The notes beneath the pieces are model-generated. The model saw only the letters and a list, made by a program, of their open reading frames with translations. It did not search any database and was not told the DNA's origin. Below, piece after piece: positions 1-10,829 of a stretch of 64,000 bases of DNA (positions are counted from its first letter, which is position 1; each line of letters starts with the position of its first letter). Origin of the DNA: Rhodospirillales bacterium (GTDB lineage: Bacteria; Pseudomonadota; Alphaproteobacteria; UBA828); contig JAPPMY010000259.1 in assembly GCA_028818855.1 (NCBI GenBank), positions 6,299 through 70,298 on the forward strand, in the 5' to 3' direction. Both the position numbers and the translations under genes were made by a program.

Positions 1-1400
1 ACATCGCGGCGATCGAAGGCGGCCGCGACCTCAACGCCTTCGTCGCCGAGACGTTCGACCAGGCGCGCGCCGGGGCGGATGCTGCCGATCGGCGCATCGC
101 GGCGGGCGACGGGCGGCTGCTCGAGGGCATCCCCCTCGCCATCAAGGACCTGTTCTGCACGCGGGGCGTCCGCAGCCAGGCCTGCTCCAGGATCCTCGAC
201 GGCTTCGAGCCTCCCTACGAATCCACCGTCACCGCCAACCTGTGGGCCGCGGGCGCGCTCATGCTGGGCAAGACCAACATGGACGAGTTCGCCATGGGCT
301 CCGCCAACGTGACCAGCGCCGACGGCCCGGTGATCAACCCCTGGCGGCGCGAGGGCGACGACAAGTCGCTGGTGCCGGGCGGCAGCTCCGGCGGCTCGGC
401 GGCGGCGGTGGCCGCGGGGCTCGCCCTGGGTGCCACCGGGACTGATACCGGCGGCTCGATCCGCCAGCCGGGGGCCTTCTGCGGCATCGTCGGCATGAAG
501 CCGACCTACGGCCGCTGCTCGCGCTGGGGGATGATCGCCTTCGCCTCCTCGCTCGACCAGGCGGGGCCGCTCACGCGGACGGTCGAGGATGCGGCGCTGA
601 TGCTGCAGGCGATGGCGGGCCACGACCCCAGGGACTCGACCTCCATCGACCGCCCGGTGCCCGACTATGCCGCGAGCCTCACGGGCGACGTGCGCGACCT
701 CACCATCGGCGTGCCGGCGGAGTATCGGATGGAGGGTATGCCGGCGGAGATCGAGGCGCTCTGGGAAGAGGGCGTGCGCTGGTTCCGTGACGCGGGTGCC
801 ACGGTCATCGACATCTCGCTGCCGCTCACGAAGTACGCGCTGCCCACCTATTACATCGTGGCGCCGGCGGAGGCGTCCTCCAACCTCGCGCGCTACGACG
901 GCGTCCGCTACGGGCTGCGCGTGGAGGGGGACGATCCGACCGAGATGTACGCGAGGACGCGGGCGGCTGGCTTCGGCCGCGAGGTCAAGCGGCGCATCCT
1001 CATCGGCACCTACGTTCTCTCCGCCGGCTACTACGACGCCTACTACCTGAAGGCGCAGAAGGTGCGGACCCTCATCGCGCGCGACTTCGAGACCGCGTTC
1101 GAGAGCGTGGACGCGGTGCTGACGCCGACAGCGCCGTTCGCGGCCTTCGCCATCGGCGAGAAGATGGACGACCCCATCGCCATGTACCTGAACGACGTGT
1201 TCACGGTGCCGGCGAGCCTCGCGGGCCTGCCTGCGATCTCGGTCCCGGCGGGGCTCACGGGCGACGGGCTGCCGCTTGGGCTCCACCTGATCGCGCGGCC
1301 CTTCGACGAGCCGACGCTCTTCCGCGCGGCAGGGGTGCTGGAAGGCGCTGCCGGTTTCAGCCATCGCCCGCCTGTGCACGGGGCTGGAGGAGCGGTATGA
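1..1400 (+). CDS. gatA: Asp-tRNA(Asn)/Glu-tRNA(Gln) amidotransferase subunit A (5'-truncated by window)
   Basis: Frame is open from the window start ([16 protein letters not shown]...); motifs [44 protein letters not shown]; overlaps gatB (ATGA). Confidence 0.97.
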   Translation, partial: IAAIEGGRDLNAFVAETFDQARAGADAADRRIAAGDGRLLEGIPLAIKDLFCTRGVRSQACSRILDGFEPPYESTVTANLWAAGALMLGKTNMDEFAMGSANVTSADGPVINPWRREGDDKSLVPGGSSGGSAAAVAAGLALGATGTDTGGSIRQPGAFCGIVGMKPTYGRCSRWGMIAFASSLDQAGPLTRTVEDAALMLQAMAGHDPRDSTSIDRPVPDYAASLTGDVRDLTIGVPAEYRMEGMPAEIEALWEEGVRWFRDAGATVIDISLPLTKYALPTYYIVAPAEASSNLARYDGVRYGLRVEGDDPTEMYARTRAAGFGREVKRRILIGTYVLSAGYYDAYYLKAQKVRTLIARDFETAFESVDAVLTPTAPFAAFAIGEKMDDPIAMYLNDVFTVPASLAGLPAISVPAGLTGDGLPLGLHLIARPFDEPTLFRAAGVLEGAAGFSHRPPVHGAGGAV

Positions 1401-2872
1401 GCGCAGGCGGCTACCGGATCGCGGGCCAAAGCGGCGACTGGGAGATCGCTGTTGGACTCGAGGTCCACGCCCAGGTCATCTCGGAGGCCAAGCTCTTCTC
1501 GTCGGCGCCCACCGCCTTCGGCGCCGAGCCCAACAGCCAGGTCTCGCTCGTCGATGCCGCGATGCCCGGCATGCTGCCGGTGATCAACCGCCACTGCGTG
1601 ACCCAGGCCGTGCGCACCGGGCTTGCGCTGGAAGCCGAGATCAACCTGACCTCGGTGTTCGACCGCAAGAACTATTTCTACCCCGACCTGCCGCCCGGCT
1701 ATCAGATCTCCCAGTACTCGCGTCCCATCGTGGGCGAGGGCCGGGTCGTGCTCGACCTCGAGGACGGCGCGCAGCGGACCATCGGCATCACCCGGCTGCA
1801 CCTGGAGATGGACGCGGGAAAGAGCATCCACGACCGCCGCGCGGACGCCACCTGCGTGGACCTCAACCGCGCCGGTGTCGCGCTGATGGAGATCGTCTCC
1901 GAGCCCGACATCAGGAGCCCCGACGAGGCCGGCCTTTACCTGCGCAAGCTGCGCTCGATCCTGCGCTACATCGGCACCTGCGACGGCAACATGGAGCAGG
2001 GCTCGCTGCGGGCCGACGTCAACGTCTCGGTGCGCCGGCCGGGCGAGGCGCTGGGCACGCGCTGCGAGGTCAAGAACCTCAACTCCGTCCGCTTCGTCAT
2101 GAGGGCGATCGAGATCGAGGCACAGCGCCAGGTCGCCGTCCTGGAAGGGGGCGGCGTCATCGAGCTGGAGACCCGCCTGTTCGATCCCGAGCGCGGCGAG
2201 ACACGCTCCATGCGGTCCAAGGAGGAGGCCCACGACTACCGCTACTTCCCCGATCCCGACCTGCTGCCGCTCACCCTCGACCCCGCCTGGGTGGACGAAC
2301 AGCGCGCGGCTCTGCCCGAGCTGCCCGACGCGAGGAAGGCGCGGTTCGTGGCGGACTACGGCCTTTCCGCCTACGACGCCGGCGTGCTGGTGGCGGAGCG
2401 CGAGATCGCGGAATACTTCGAGGCGGTGGCCGCAGGGGGCAACGGCAAGCGCGACGGCAAGCAGGCCGCCAACTGGGTCACGGGCACGCTCTTCGGCGCG
2501 CTCAACCGGGCCGGCATCGGGATCGGGCAGAGCCCGGTCTCCGCCGCGGCCCTCGGGGCGCTGATCGACCGGGTGGCGGACGGCACCGTCTCCAACCGCG
2601 CGGCCAAGGACGTGTTCGAGGCCATGGTCTCGACGGGGAAGGACGTCGACACCATTATCGAGGAGAAGGGGCTCCGCCAGGTGAGCGACACCGGCGCCAT
2701 CGAGGCGCTGGTGGAGCAGGTCGTCGCCGGGAACCCCGACAAGGTGGTGGACTACCGCGGCGGCAAGACGAAGCTCATGGGCTGGTTCGTCGGCCAGGTG
2801 ATGAAGGCGTCCGGCGGCAAGGCCAACCCGAAGGCGGTCAACGCGGCGTTGCGGGCGAAGCTCGACGAATAG
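1397..2872 (+). CDS. gatB: Asp-tRNA(Asn)/Glu-tRNA(Gln) amidotransferase subunit B
   Basis: [50 protein letters not shown]-terminal [13 protein letters not shown]. Confidence 0.98.
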   Translation: MSAGGYRIAGQSGDWEIAVGLEVHAQVISEAKLFSSAPTAFGAEPNSQVSLVDAAMPGMLPVINRHCVTQAVRTGLALEAEINLTSVFDRKNYFYPDLPPGYQISQYSRPIVGEGRVVLDLEDGAQRTIGITRLHLEMDAGKSIHDRRADATCVDLNRAGVALMEIVSEPDIRSPDEAGLYLRKLRSILRYIGTCDGNMEQGSLRADVNVSVRRPGEALGTRCEVKNLNSVRFVMRAIEIEAQRQVAVLEGGGVIELETRLFDPERGETRSMRSKEEAHDYRYFPDPDLLPLTLDPAWVDEQRAALPELPDARKARFVADYGLSAYDAGVLVAEREIAEYFEAVAAGGNGKRDGKQAANWVTGTLFGALNRAGIGIGQSPVSAAALGALIDRVADGTVSNRAAKDVFEAMVSTGKDVDTIIEEKGLRQVSDTGAIEALVEQVVAGNPDKVVDYRGGKTKLMGWFVGQVMKASGGKANPKAVNAALRAKLDE

Positions 2873-2907
2873 GCGGCCGGCGCCGGCCGCGCAGACGGGA
2901 TTGACGC

Positions 2908-3828
2908 ATGTTCCTGCCGCTCAGGGACGACAATCCACTTCACCGGATCGGCTTCCAGTTCGTGACGGTGGCGCTGATCGCCGCCTGCACCATCGTCTGG
3001 ATCGTCCAGGCCATCGGCGGCGATCAGTTCGATTCCGAGCTGATCTTCCGCCTCGGCATGATCCCGGTGACGGTGCTGGGCGAACTGCGGCGCGAGCCCG
3101 ACATGGTGACCGTGACGCCTTGGCTCACCATCGTCACGTCGATGTTCCTGCACGGGGGCTTCTGGCACCTGTTCGGGAACATGATGTATCTCTGGATTTT
3201 CGGGGACAACGTCGAAGACGCGATGGGCCACTGGCGCTTCGCGATCTTCTACCTGCTGTGCGGCGCGGTGGCTGGGCTGACTCACGCCGCCGTCGAGCCC
3301 GCCTCGCAGATCCCCACCATCGGCGCGAGCGGCGCGGTCTCGGGCGTGCTCGGCGCCTACTTCGTGCTGCACCCGAGGCGGGGAGTCTGGATCCTCGTCT
3401 TCTTCATGCCGATCCGCTTCCCCGCCTGGGCCGTGCTCGGGGTCTGGATCGGCTATCAGGTGATCAACGCGCTCACCGCAGGCCCGGCCGGCGGCGGGGT
3501 CGCGTGGTACGCCCACATCGGCGGCTTCGCTGCAGGCGCGCTGCTGGTGGTGCCGCTCAAGAAGCGCGGCGTGCCGCTCTTCGACCGCGGTCTCGTCCGC
3601 TCCCGCCGGCGCACGCCCTACCAGCCGCCGCCCGAGGCCGAGACCCCCGGAATGGGACCGTGGGAGGAGCCGCCCATCGATGAGGTCCCTGATCCCGAGG
3701 CCGACGGCGATGCGCCCTGGGAGGAACCGCCCGCTGCGCGACCCAACGGCGGCGATCCGCAGGATCGCGGCGGCGCACGCGGCCCTTGGGGCCGGCGCCC
3801 CCGAGGCCCCTGGTCGCGGAGGGATTGA
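2908..3828 (+). CDS. Rhomboid family intramembrane serine protease with Pro/Gly/Arg-rich C-terminal tail
   Basis: SMFLHGGFWHLFGNM, catalytic GASGA and AHIGG, several hydrophobic segments. Confidence 0.93.
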   Translation: MFLPLRDDNPLHRIGFQFVTVALIAACTIVWIVQAIGGDQFDSELIFRLGMIPVTVLGELRREPDMVTVTPWLTIVTSMFLHGGFWHLFGNMMYLWIFGDNVEDAMGHWRFAIFYLLCGAVAGLTHAAVEPASQIPTIGASGAVSGVLGAYFVLHPRRGVWILVFFMPIRFPAWAVLGVWIGYQVINALTAGPAGGGVAWYAHIGGFAAGALLVVPLKKRGVPLFDRGLVRSRRRTPYQPPPEAETPGMGPWEEPPIDEVPDPEADGDAPWEEPPAARPNGGDPQDRGGARGPWGRRPRGPWSRRD

Positions 3829-3831
3829 GGC

Positions 3832-4038
3832 GTGAGCACGGGGAAGAAGAGCGACTACTTCGCTGAGCGCATCCGGGCGGAGCTTGCCTTCGCGCGCTCG
3901 CGCGGCGCGCGCGATGCGGACGCGCTGGCCCGGCACCTCAACGCCCGCGGCTTCCTCACCCGCGACGGGCGGCGCTGGACGCCTGAGGACGTCGAGGCCG
4001 CGACCCGCCGGCGGCCCAGGCCCGAGCCGGGAGGTTGA
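3832..4038 (+). CDS. Small hypothetical protein with recombinase-like helix-turn-helix
   Basis: 68 aa; GTG start 3 nt after the rhomboid stop, with GAGG upstream; LARHLNARGFLTRDGRRWT resembles the LNxxGxxTxxGxxW motif of serine-recombinase DNA-binding domains. Confidence 0.6.
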   Translation: MSTGKKSDYFAERIRAELAFARSRGARDADALARHLNARGFLTRDGRRWTPEDVEAATRRRPRPEPGG

Positions 4039-4043
4039 CCCCG

Positions 4044-5777
4044 CTACTCCGCGGCCTGCGCGGCGCGGCCGTAGCGCTCGGCTGCGGCGCCTGCCGAGAC
4101 GAAGCCCTCGGCCACGTCCTCGTCCACCAGCTCGCGCTCGCGTTCGGCCACCGGGCCGTAGCCGCCGCCCCCGCCCGACATGAGGCAGACCCGGTCGCCC
4201 CGGCGGATGGAGACGTTGCCGAACTTGCTGGGCGACACCTTGTCGTAGCCCTCGCAGACGTCCTTCCACTCGTTCTCGTTCGCCTTCTTGACGAGGAGCG
4301 CGGCCGATCCCCCGGCGTCGCCGCCAAGCAGGCCCCACGGGGCCTTCCGGTGCCGGTCGGCCATGTAGCTGATGATGATCTCGTCGGCCGTGCACTCCAG
4401 CGTCTTGGTCGAGCCGAGCCCGCCCCGGTACTTGCCGGCGCCGCCAGAATCCTCGGTGAGCGAGAGCGTCTCGACGATCCAGGGGTAGCGGCTCTCGTAG
4501 ACCTCGACCGGGACGGTGCGGCAGTTGCCGTTGATGCAGTTGCAGGTGTTGTTGCCGTCGGCGAAAGGGCGCCCGCCCCAGCCCGCAACCATGAAGTCGT
4601 AGCACACGTAGAACTCGTCGTTCTCCGGGTCGTGCCCGCCGAAGAGGAAGTTGCCGTGGGTGCCGGCGTCGGTCGCGAACGCGCGCTCCGGCAGGCAGCG
4701 GGACATCGCAGCGATCACCGTGTAGCAGATGCGCACGTGGGTCTCCGTGTTGCCGCCCACCTCCGGGGCCGGGAAGTCCACGTTCACCACCGTCGCCGGC
4801 CGCGCCAGCACGCGGATCGGCCGGTAGCAACCGGCATTGCGCGGGATCGACGGGTCGGTCAGGTGCAGCATGGCGTTGTAGGTGGCGGAGCAGGTGACGC
4901 CGAGGGTGGCGTTGATCGCGCCCTTGGCCTGCCCGTCCGAGCGGCCGAAGTCGGCGACGATCTCGTCGCCCTGCACCACCATGTCGACGGCGATGCGATA
5001 GGGCGTCGGGTCGATCCCGTCGTCTTCCATGTAGTCCTCGAAGGCGTAGGTGCCGTCGGGGATCGCCGCGATCTCCGCCCGCATACGGGCCTCGGAATAG
5101 TCCATGAGGTCGGCGATGGTCTGCTGGAAGAGCGCGACGCCGTACTTCCTGATGAGCCCGGCCATGCGCTCCGCGCCAAGTTCGCAGGCACTGATCATGG
5201 AGCGGTAGTCGCCGTAGTTGTAACGGGGGGTGCGGACGTTCGCGAGCAGGAGCTTCCACACCTCGTCCACGTCCTTGCCCTGCTTCTTGATCTTGACCGG
5301 GGGCACGCGCAGGCCCTCGTGGAAGATCTCCGTCGCCTCGCTGGCGAAGCCGCCCGGCACCATGCCGCCCACCTCGGCGACGTGGCCGATCGCCACGGCA
5401 TAGCCCATGAACGCGCCGTCCACGAAGAAGGGCGTGAAGAAGGTGTGCTCCGGCGTGTGCAGCCCGCCCCGGTAGGGGTCGTTGTGCAGGATGACGTCGC
5501 CCTCGTGCACCGGCTCGTCCGCCATCTCGCGGATGCAGGTCTTGATGAGGAGCGACATGCCGCCGATTTGCGCCGGGCAGTAGTCGGCGACCGCGATCAT
5601 GTCGCCGTTGGCGTCGGCGATGGCGCAGCTGAAGTCGAGGGATTCGTTGAAGATCGTCGAATAGGACGTCTTCATCATGGTGATCCCCATCTCCCGGCAG
5701 ATGGAGAGCATCGTCGATTCGACGATGTTCATGGTAACGACGTCCATGGGCTTCCTCCGCGCGCTGGTCGTGCCCAT
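4044..5777 (-). CDS. Hydantoinase B/oxoprolinase family protein
   Basis: TSYSTIFNESLDFSCA, NDPYRGGLHTPE, HVAEVGGMVPG, EGLRVPPVK, DSGGAGKYRGGLG, GGGGGYGP; alternative start at 5747. Confidence 0.92.
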   Translation of the reverse strand: MGTTSARRKPMDVVTMNIVESTMLSICREMGITMMKTSYSTIFNESLDFSCAIADANGDMIAVADYCPAQIGGMSLLIKTCIREMADEPVHEGDVILHNDPYRGGLHTPEHTFFTPFFVDGAFMGYAVAIGHVAEVGGMVPGGFASEATEIFHEGLRVPPVKIKKQGKDVDEVWKLLLANVRTPRYNYGDYRSMISACELGAERMAGLIRKYGVALFQQTIADLMDYSEARMRAEIAAIPDGTYAFEDYMEDDGIDPTPYRIAVDMVVQGDEIVADFGRSDGQAKGAINATLGVTCSATYNAMLHLTDPSIPRNAGCYRPIRVLARPATVVNVDFPAPEVGGNTETHVRICYTVIAAMSRCLPERAFATDAGTHGNFLFGGHDPENDEFYVCYDFMVAGWGGRPFADGNNTCNCINGNCRTVPVEVYESRYPWIVETLSLTEDSGGAGKYRGGLGSTKTLECTADEIIISYMADRHRKAPWGLLGGDAGGSAALLVKKANENEWKDVCEGYDKVSPSKFGNVSIRRGDRVCLMSGGGGGYGPVAERERELVDEDVAEGFVSAGAAAERYGRAAQAAE

Positions 5778-5840
5778 TGTAGCGGGCGCAGGCGCCGACT
5801 CATAAGGACGGGAGTCCCGCCGGAGGGTGCGGCGAGAGAG

Positions 5841-5870
5841 TTGCCCGCCTCCTCACGCCCGGCCTATAGA
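5841..5870 (+). promoter_or_regulatory. Putative sigma70 promoter for the PhyH gene
   Basis: TTGCCC-N18-TATAGA, followed by GGGGAG RBS and ATG at 5888. Confidence 0.4.
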
Positions 5871-5887
5871 GAGCCGAGGGGGAGACG

Positions 5888-6739
5888 ATGGACGACCGCC
5901 GCCCGGGCGCCGACGAGGTGGCCCGCTTCCAGCGGGACGGCTACCTGCTCAAGCCGGCGCTCTTAGATGCCGAGGAAGTCGCGCTCATGCGCCGCGCGCT
6001 GGCGAGCGACGAGGGCCTCCGCGACCGGCGCAACACCATGGCAATGCGGGACGGCGACGGCAGCGTCACCACGACGGTGCTGTGGACCGACCCCGGCGAC
6101 GACCTCTTCGGCGCCATCGCGCGCTGCGAGCGTGTCGCGGGCGGCGCCGAGCGGCTGCTGGGCGGCGAGGTCTACCACTACCACTCGAAGCTGACGCTCA
6201 AGGCGCCCGAGACCGGCGGCGCCTGGAACTGGCATCAGGACTACGGCTACTGGTACTTCAACGGCAACCTCTTCCCCGACATGCTGAGCGTCTTTATCGC
6301 CATCGATCCGGCGACGGAGGAGAACGGGTGCCTCCGGGTCATCCGGGGATCCGCCCGCATGGGCCGGCTCGACCACGAGCTGGTGGGGGGTCAGCTCACC
6401 GCCGAGCCGGAGCGGGTCGCCCACACCGTCGAGCGGCTGGAGGTTGTCGTTTGCGAGATGGCCGCCGGCGATGCGCTCTTTCTCCACTGCAACACGCTGC
6501 ACGGCTCATCAAAGAACACCTCGAAGCAGAGCCGCAACGTGCTGCTCTGCTGCTACAACGCGGCCCGCAACGACCCCTACAAGGACCACCACATGCCGCG
6601 CTACACGCCGCTCAGGAAGCTGCCCGACAGTGCGGTAAAGGCGCGGGGCGGCATCCTCGCCGGCGCCGCCCGGCGCTTCATGCGGCCCGAGGATCACCCC
6701 GGCGATCAGGCGTCGCTCTCCACGCCGGACACCTCCTGA
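5888..6739 (+). CDS. Phytanoyl-CoA dioxygenase (PhyH) family Fe(II)/2OG dioxygenase
   Basis: FQRDGYL, WHQDY (HxD), ENGCLRVIRGS, TLHGS..N....R. Confidence 0.9.
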   Translation: MDDRRPGADEVARFQRDGYLLKPALLDAEEVALMRRALASDEGLRDRRNTMAMRDGDGSVTTTVLWTDPGDDLFGAIARCERVAGGAERLLGGEVYHYHSKLTLKAPETGGAWNWHQDYGYWYFNGNLFPDMLSVFIAIDPATEENGCLRVIRGSARMGRLDHELVGGQLTAEPERVAHTVERLEVVVCEMAAGDALFLHCNTLHGSSKNTSKQSRNVLLCCYNAARNDPYKDHHMPRYTPLRKLPDSAVKARGGILAGAARRFMRPEDHPGDQASLSTPDTS

Positions 6740-6793
6740 CGACGGGCCGGTCCTGCCTGAAGGCACCCCAAGGATAGGGGCACGCACTAAGTG

Positions 6794-6823
6794 TTGCCCC
6801 AATCTCGGGCATGGGCGTATACA
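6794..6823 (+). promoter_or_regulatory. Putative sigma70 promoter for the rpiB-glyA-nrdR-rib operon
   Basis: TTGCCC-N18-TATACA upstream of the GAGGAG RBS of rpiB; same pattern as at 5841. Confidence 0.45.
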
Positions 6824-6853
6824 GGGCCGCCACCGGCCGCGCGAGGAGTGGCC

Positions 6854-7288
<435 letters not shown>

Positions 7289-7311
7289 CCAGCGAGGAAA
7301 GGGAAACGACC

Positions 7312-8622
7312 TTGGCTGCATCCACGCGCCCCGAGGGCGGGGCCGGAACCTCGTTCTTCACCAGCTCGCTGCAGGAGGCCGATCCGGCGGTGCACGCGGC
7401 GGTGACCGGCGAGGTCGAACGCCTGCAGACGACCATCGAGCTGATCGCGTCCGAGAACATCGTGAGCCGCGCCGTGCTGGAGGCGCAGGGCTCGGTGCTC
7501 ACCAACAAGTACGCCGAGGGCTATCCCGGCCGGCGCTACTACGGCGGCTGCGAGAACGTCGATATCTCAGAGAGCCTCGCGATCGAGCGGGCCATCGCGC
7601 TCTTCGGCTGCGGCTTCGCCAACGTGCAGCCGCATTCCGGCGCCCAGGCCAACCAGGCGGCGTTCCTGGCCACGCTGGAGCCGGGCGACGCCTTCCTCGG
7701 CCTCTCGCTCGCGGCCGGCGGGCACCTCACCCACGGCGCGCCGCCCAACCTGTCCGGCAAGTGGTTCCGGGCGATCCAGTACGGCGTCCGTCGCCAGGAC
7801 GGGCGGATCGACTTCGACGAGGTCGAGGCGCTCGCGCAAGCCGAGAAGCCCAAGCTGATCCTGGCGGGCGGCTCCGCCTATCCGCGCATCATCGACTTCG
7901 CGCGCTTCCGCCGGATCGCCGATTCGATCGACGCGGTCTTCATGGTCGACATGGCCCATTTCGCGGGCCTAGTTGCGGCCGGAATCCATCCCAACCCCTT
8001 CCCGCATGCCCATATCGTCACGACCACCACCCACAAGACCCTGCGCGGCCCGCGCGGCGGCATGATCCTGACCGACGACGAGGCGCTGGCGAAGCGCATC
8101 AACTCGGCCGTCTTCCCCGGCCTGCAGGGCGGGCCGCTGGAGCACGTCATCGCGGCCAAGGCGGTGGCGCTAGGCGAGGCGATGACGCCCGCGTTCAAGG
8201 GCTACGCGGAGCAAGTCGTCGCCAACGCCCAGGCGCTGGCCGGCACGCTGATCGAGCGGGGCTACGACATCGTCTCCGGCGGGACCGACACCCACCTGCT
8301 GCTCGTCGACCTCCGTGCCAAGGGGCTCACCGGCAAGCTGGCGGAGGCCGTTCTGGAGCACGCCGGGATCACCTGCAACAAGAACGGCGTCCCGTTCGAT
8401 CCCCAGAAGCCGTGGATCACGTCGGGCATCAGGCTCGGCTCGCCGGCGGCGACGAGCCGCGGCTTCGGCACGGCGGAGTTCGAGCGGATCGCGAACTGGA
8501 TCGCCGACCTGCTCGATCGCGAGGCCGATGCGGAGGGCAGCAGCGAGACCCGCGCAGCGGAGGTCCGCGAGGAGGTCCGCGCGCTCTGCGCCGCATTCCC
8601 GGTCTACCCCGGCCAACCCTGA
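7312..8622 (+). CDS. glyA: Serine hydroxymethyltransferase
   Basis: [37 protein letters not shown]; probable TTG start at 7312 after a purine-rich RBS. Confidence 0.97.
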   Translation: MAASTRPEGGAGTSFFTSSLQEADPAVHAAVTGEVERLQTTIELIASENIVSRAVLEAQGSVLTNKYAEGYPGRRYYGGCENVDISESLAIERAIALFGCGFANVQPHSGAQANQAAFLATLEPGDAFLGLSLAAGGHLTHGAPPNLSGKWFRAIQYGVRRQDGRIDFDEVEALAQAEKPKLILAGGSAYPRIIDFARFRRIADSIDAVFMVDMAHFAGLVAAGIHPNPFPHAHIVTTTTHKTLRGPRGGMILTDDEALAKRINSAVFPGLQGGPLEHVIAAKAVALGEAMTPAFKGYAEQVVANAQALAGTLIERGYDIVSGGTDTHLLLVDLRAKGLTGKLAEAVLEHAGITCNKNGVPFDPQKPWITSGIRLGSPAATSRGFGTAEFERIANWIADLLDREADAEGSSETRAAEVREEVRALCAAFPVYPGQP

Positions 8623-8635
8623 GAGGAGGCTCGCC

Positions 8636-9094
8636 GTGCGCTGTCCCTTCTGCGGCAACGAAGACACGCAGGTAAAGGATTCGCGGCCGACGGAGGACAA
8701 CACCGCCACCCGCCGCCGCCGACAGTGCCCGACGTGCAAGGGACGCTTCACCACCTTCGAGCGGATCCAGCTTCGCGAGCTTTCGGTGGTCAAGAGCAAC
8801 GGCCAGCGGGTCCCCTTTGAGCGCGACAAGATGCTGCGCTCGATGGAGATCGCGCTGCGCAAGCGGCCGGTCGCGCCCGAGCGGATCGATCAGATCGTGA
8901 CCGCCATCGTGCGCCGGCTGGAGAGCCTGGGCGAGACCGAGATCCCGTCGAGCGTCATCGGCGAGATGGTGATGGAGACGCTCTCCGGCCTCGACCAGGT
9001 CGCCTACGTCCGCTTTGCCTCGGTCTACAGGAATTTCGGCGAGAAGAAGGACTTCGAGGAGTTCATCGGCGGGCTCGCCGACGGGCAGGATTAG
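8636..9094 (+). CDS. nrdR: Transcriptional repressor NrdR
   Basis: GTG start after GAGGAGG; RCPFC...VKDSR...[18 protein letters not shown] cone, [10 protein letters not shown]. Confidence 0.97.
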   Translation: MRCPFCGNEDTQVKDSRPTEDNTATRRRRQCPTCKGRFTTFERIQLRELSVVKSNGQRVPFERDKMLRSMEIALRKRPVAPERIDQIVTAIVRRLESLGETEIPSSVIGEMVMETLSGLDQVAYVRFASVYRNFGEKKDFEEFIGGLADGQD

Positions 9095-9097
9095 CGC

Positions 9098-10216
9098 GTG
9101 GCGGCGGCCGATCCGGCGCTCGACCGCCGCTTTATGGCACTGGCGCTGGCGCTGGCCGAGCGCGGCCTCGGCAGCGCGTGGCCCAACCCGGCGGTGGGCT
9201 GCGTGCTCGTGCGCGACGGGCGCATCGTCGGGCGCGGCTGGACCCAGCCGGGCGGCAGGCCTCATGCCGAGACCGAGGCGCTGGCCCGTGCTGGCAACGC
9301 CGCGCGGGGCGCCACCTGCTATGCCACCCTGGAGCCCTGCGCCCACCACGGCCAAACCGGCCCCTGCGCCGACGCGCTGGTGCAGGCGGGCATCGCGCGC
9401 GCCGTGGTCGCCCTGGAAGACCCGGACCCGCGTGTGGCGGGCCGCGGCAACGCCTTGCTGGAGGCGGCGGGCATCGACGTCACGCCGGGCTGCATGGAGG
9501 AGGAGGCGCGCGCGCTCAACGCAGGCTTCCTCATGCGCGTCGAGCACGGCCGGCCCCTGGTGACGCTCAAGCTCGCGAGCACGTTGGATGGCCGCATCGC
9601 GACGCACACGGGCGACAGCCGCTGGATCACCGGCGCGCCGGCCCGCGCCCGCGCGCACCTGCTGAGGGCACGCCACGATGCCGTGATGGTGGGGGCGGCG
9701 AGCGCCGTGGCCGACGACCCGGCGCTCACCTGCCGGCTGCCGGGCCTGGAGCCCGCGAGCCCGGTCCGCATCGTGATCGACGGCGGCGCCCGCCTGCCGG
9801 CGGGGCATGCCCTCGTCGCCGGCGCTGCCGAGCAGCCGACGTGGATCGTCTCGACCGAGGCGCTGGGCCGCGACGGGCGCCATGCGGCATGGCGCGAGGC
9901 GGGCGTCGAGGTCATCCGGGTCCCGGCGGAGGAGGGCGGCCGCCCGGTGCTCGCGGCGGCGCTCGAAGCGCTGGCTGCGCGCGGCCTCACCCGCGTGCTG
10001 GTGGAAGGCGGCGGCCGGCTTGGAGCCTCCCTGCTGCAAGCCGGGCTGGTGGATCGCATCGAGTGGTTCCACGCGCCCGGCGCCATCGGCGGCGACGGCG
10101 TGCCGGCGCTGGCGGCGCTAGGCGTCGACCGTGCCGGCGACATGCCGCGCTTCGTCCGCATCGCCTCGACGCCGGTGGGCGAAGACGTGCTGGACACCCT
10201 GGCGGCGGCAGGCTGA
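9098..10216 (+). CDS. ribD: Bifunctional pyrimidine deaminase/reductase RibD
   Basis: NPAVGC, HAE, TLEPCAHHGQTGPC, SRWITG, LVEGGG. Confidence 0.97.
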   Translation: MAAADPALDRRFMALALALAERGLGSAWPNPAVGCVLVRDGRIVGRGWTQPGGRPHAETEALARAGNAARGATCYATLEPCAHHGQTGPCADALVQAGIARAVVALEDPDPRVAGRGNALLEAAGIDVTPGCMEEEARALNAGFLMRVEHGRPLVTLKLASTLDGRIATHTGDSRWITGAPARARAHLLRARHDAVMVGAASAVADDPALTCRLPGLEPASPVRIVIDGGARLPAGHALVAGAAEQPTWIVSTEALGRDGRHAAWREAGVEVIRVPAEEGGRPVLAAALEALAARGLTRVLVEGGGRLGASLLQAGLVDRIEWFHAPGAIGGDGVPALAALGVDRAGDMPRFVRIASTPVGEDVLDTLAAAG

Positions 10217-10226
10217 GAGGCGCGCG

Positions 10227-10820
10227 ATGTTCTCCGGGATCGTCACCGACGTGGGCAGCGTTCGCGCGATGGCCGACGCCCCCGCAGGCGGGCTCAGGCT
10301 GGAGATCGCCACCGCCTACGACACCGGCACGATCGCGCTCGGCGCCTCCATCGCCTGCTCGGGCCCCTGCCTCACGGTGGTCGACAAAGGGGAAGGCTGG
10401 TTCGCGGTCGACGTCTCGCGCGAGACGGCGGACCGGACCACGCTCAGCGAGTGGCGCGAGGGCTCAGGCGTCAACCTGGAGCGCGCCCTCGCGCTGGGCG
10501 ACGAGCTCGGCGGGCACCTGGTGACCGGCCACATCGATGGCGTCGCGGCAGTGGAGGCGGCGGAGCCGGAGGGCGAGTCGCTCCGCCTCACCATCCACTG
10601 CCCGGCGGGTCTCTCGCCTTTCGTGGCGTCCAAGGGCTCCGTCGCGCTCGACGGCGTGTCGCTCACGGTGAACGAGGTCGACGGCGACACGTTCGGGGTC
10701 AACCTGATCCCCCACACGCTGGCTCAGACCACCTTCCAGGGCTGCACCGCCGGCCGCCGGCTCAACCTTGAGGTGGACCTGATCGCGCGCTACCTTGCGC
10801 GCCTTCACTCCGAGCGCTGA
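10227..10820 (+). CDS. ribE: Riboflavin synthase (alpha chain)
   Basis: MFSGIV N-terminus, GPCLTV, VNLERAL, GGHLVTGHIDG, NLEVD. Confidence 0.96.
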   Translation: MFSGIVTDVGSVRAMADAPAGGLRLEIATAYDTGTIALGASIACSGPCLTVVDKGEGWFAVDVSRETADRTTLSEWREGSGVNLERALALGDELGGHLVTGHIDGVAAVEAAEPEGESLRLTIHCPAGLSPFVASKGSVALDGVSLTVNEVDGDTFGVNLIPHTLAQTTFQGCTAGRRLNLEVDLIARYLARLHSER

Positions 10821-10829
10821 AAGGTCGAG

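Noticed and set aside
2873-2890. Perfect 18-bp palindrome GCGGCCGGCGCCGGCCGC after gatB
   Set aside because: All-GC, single copy and no U-tract; compatible with chance or a weak hairpin
2752-5259. 835-aa minus-strand ORF and similar long ORFs (15839..17980, 20546..22603, 40084..42429, 50912..53257)
   Set aside because: Antisense or off-frame shadows of well-supported genes; stop codons are scarce at high GC and no motifs are present
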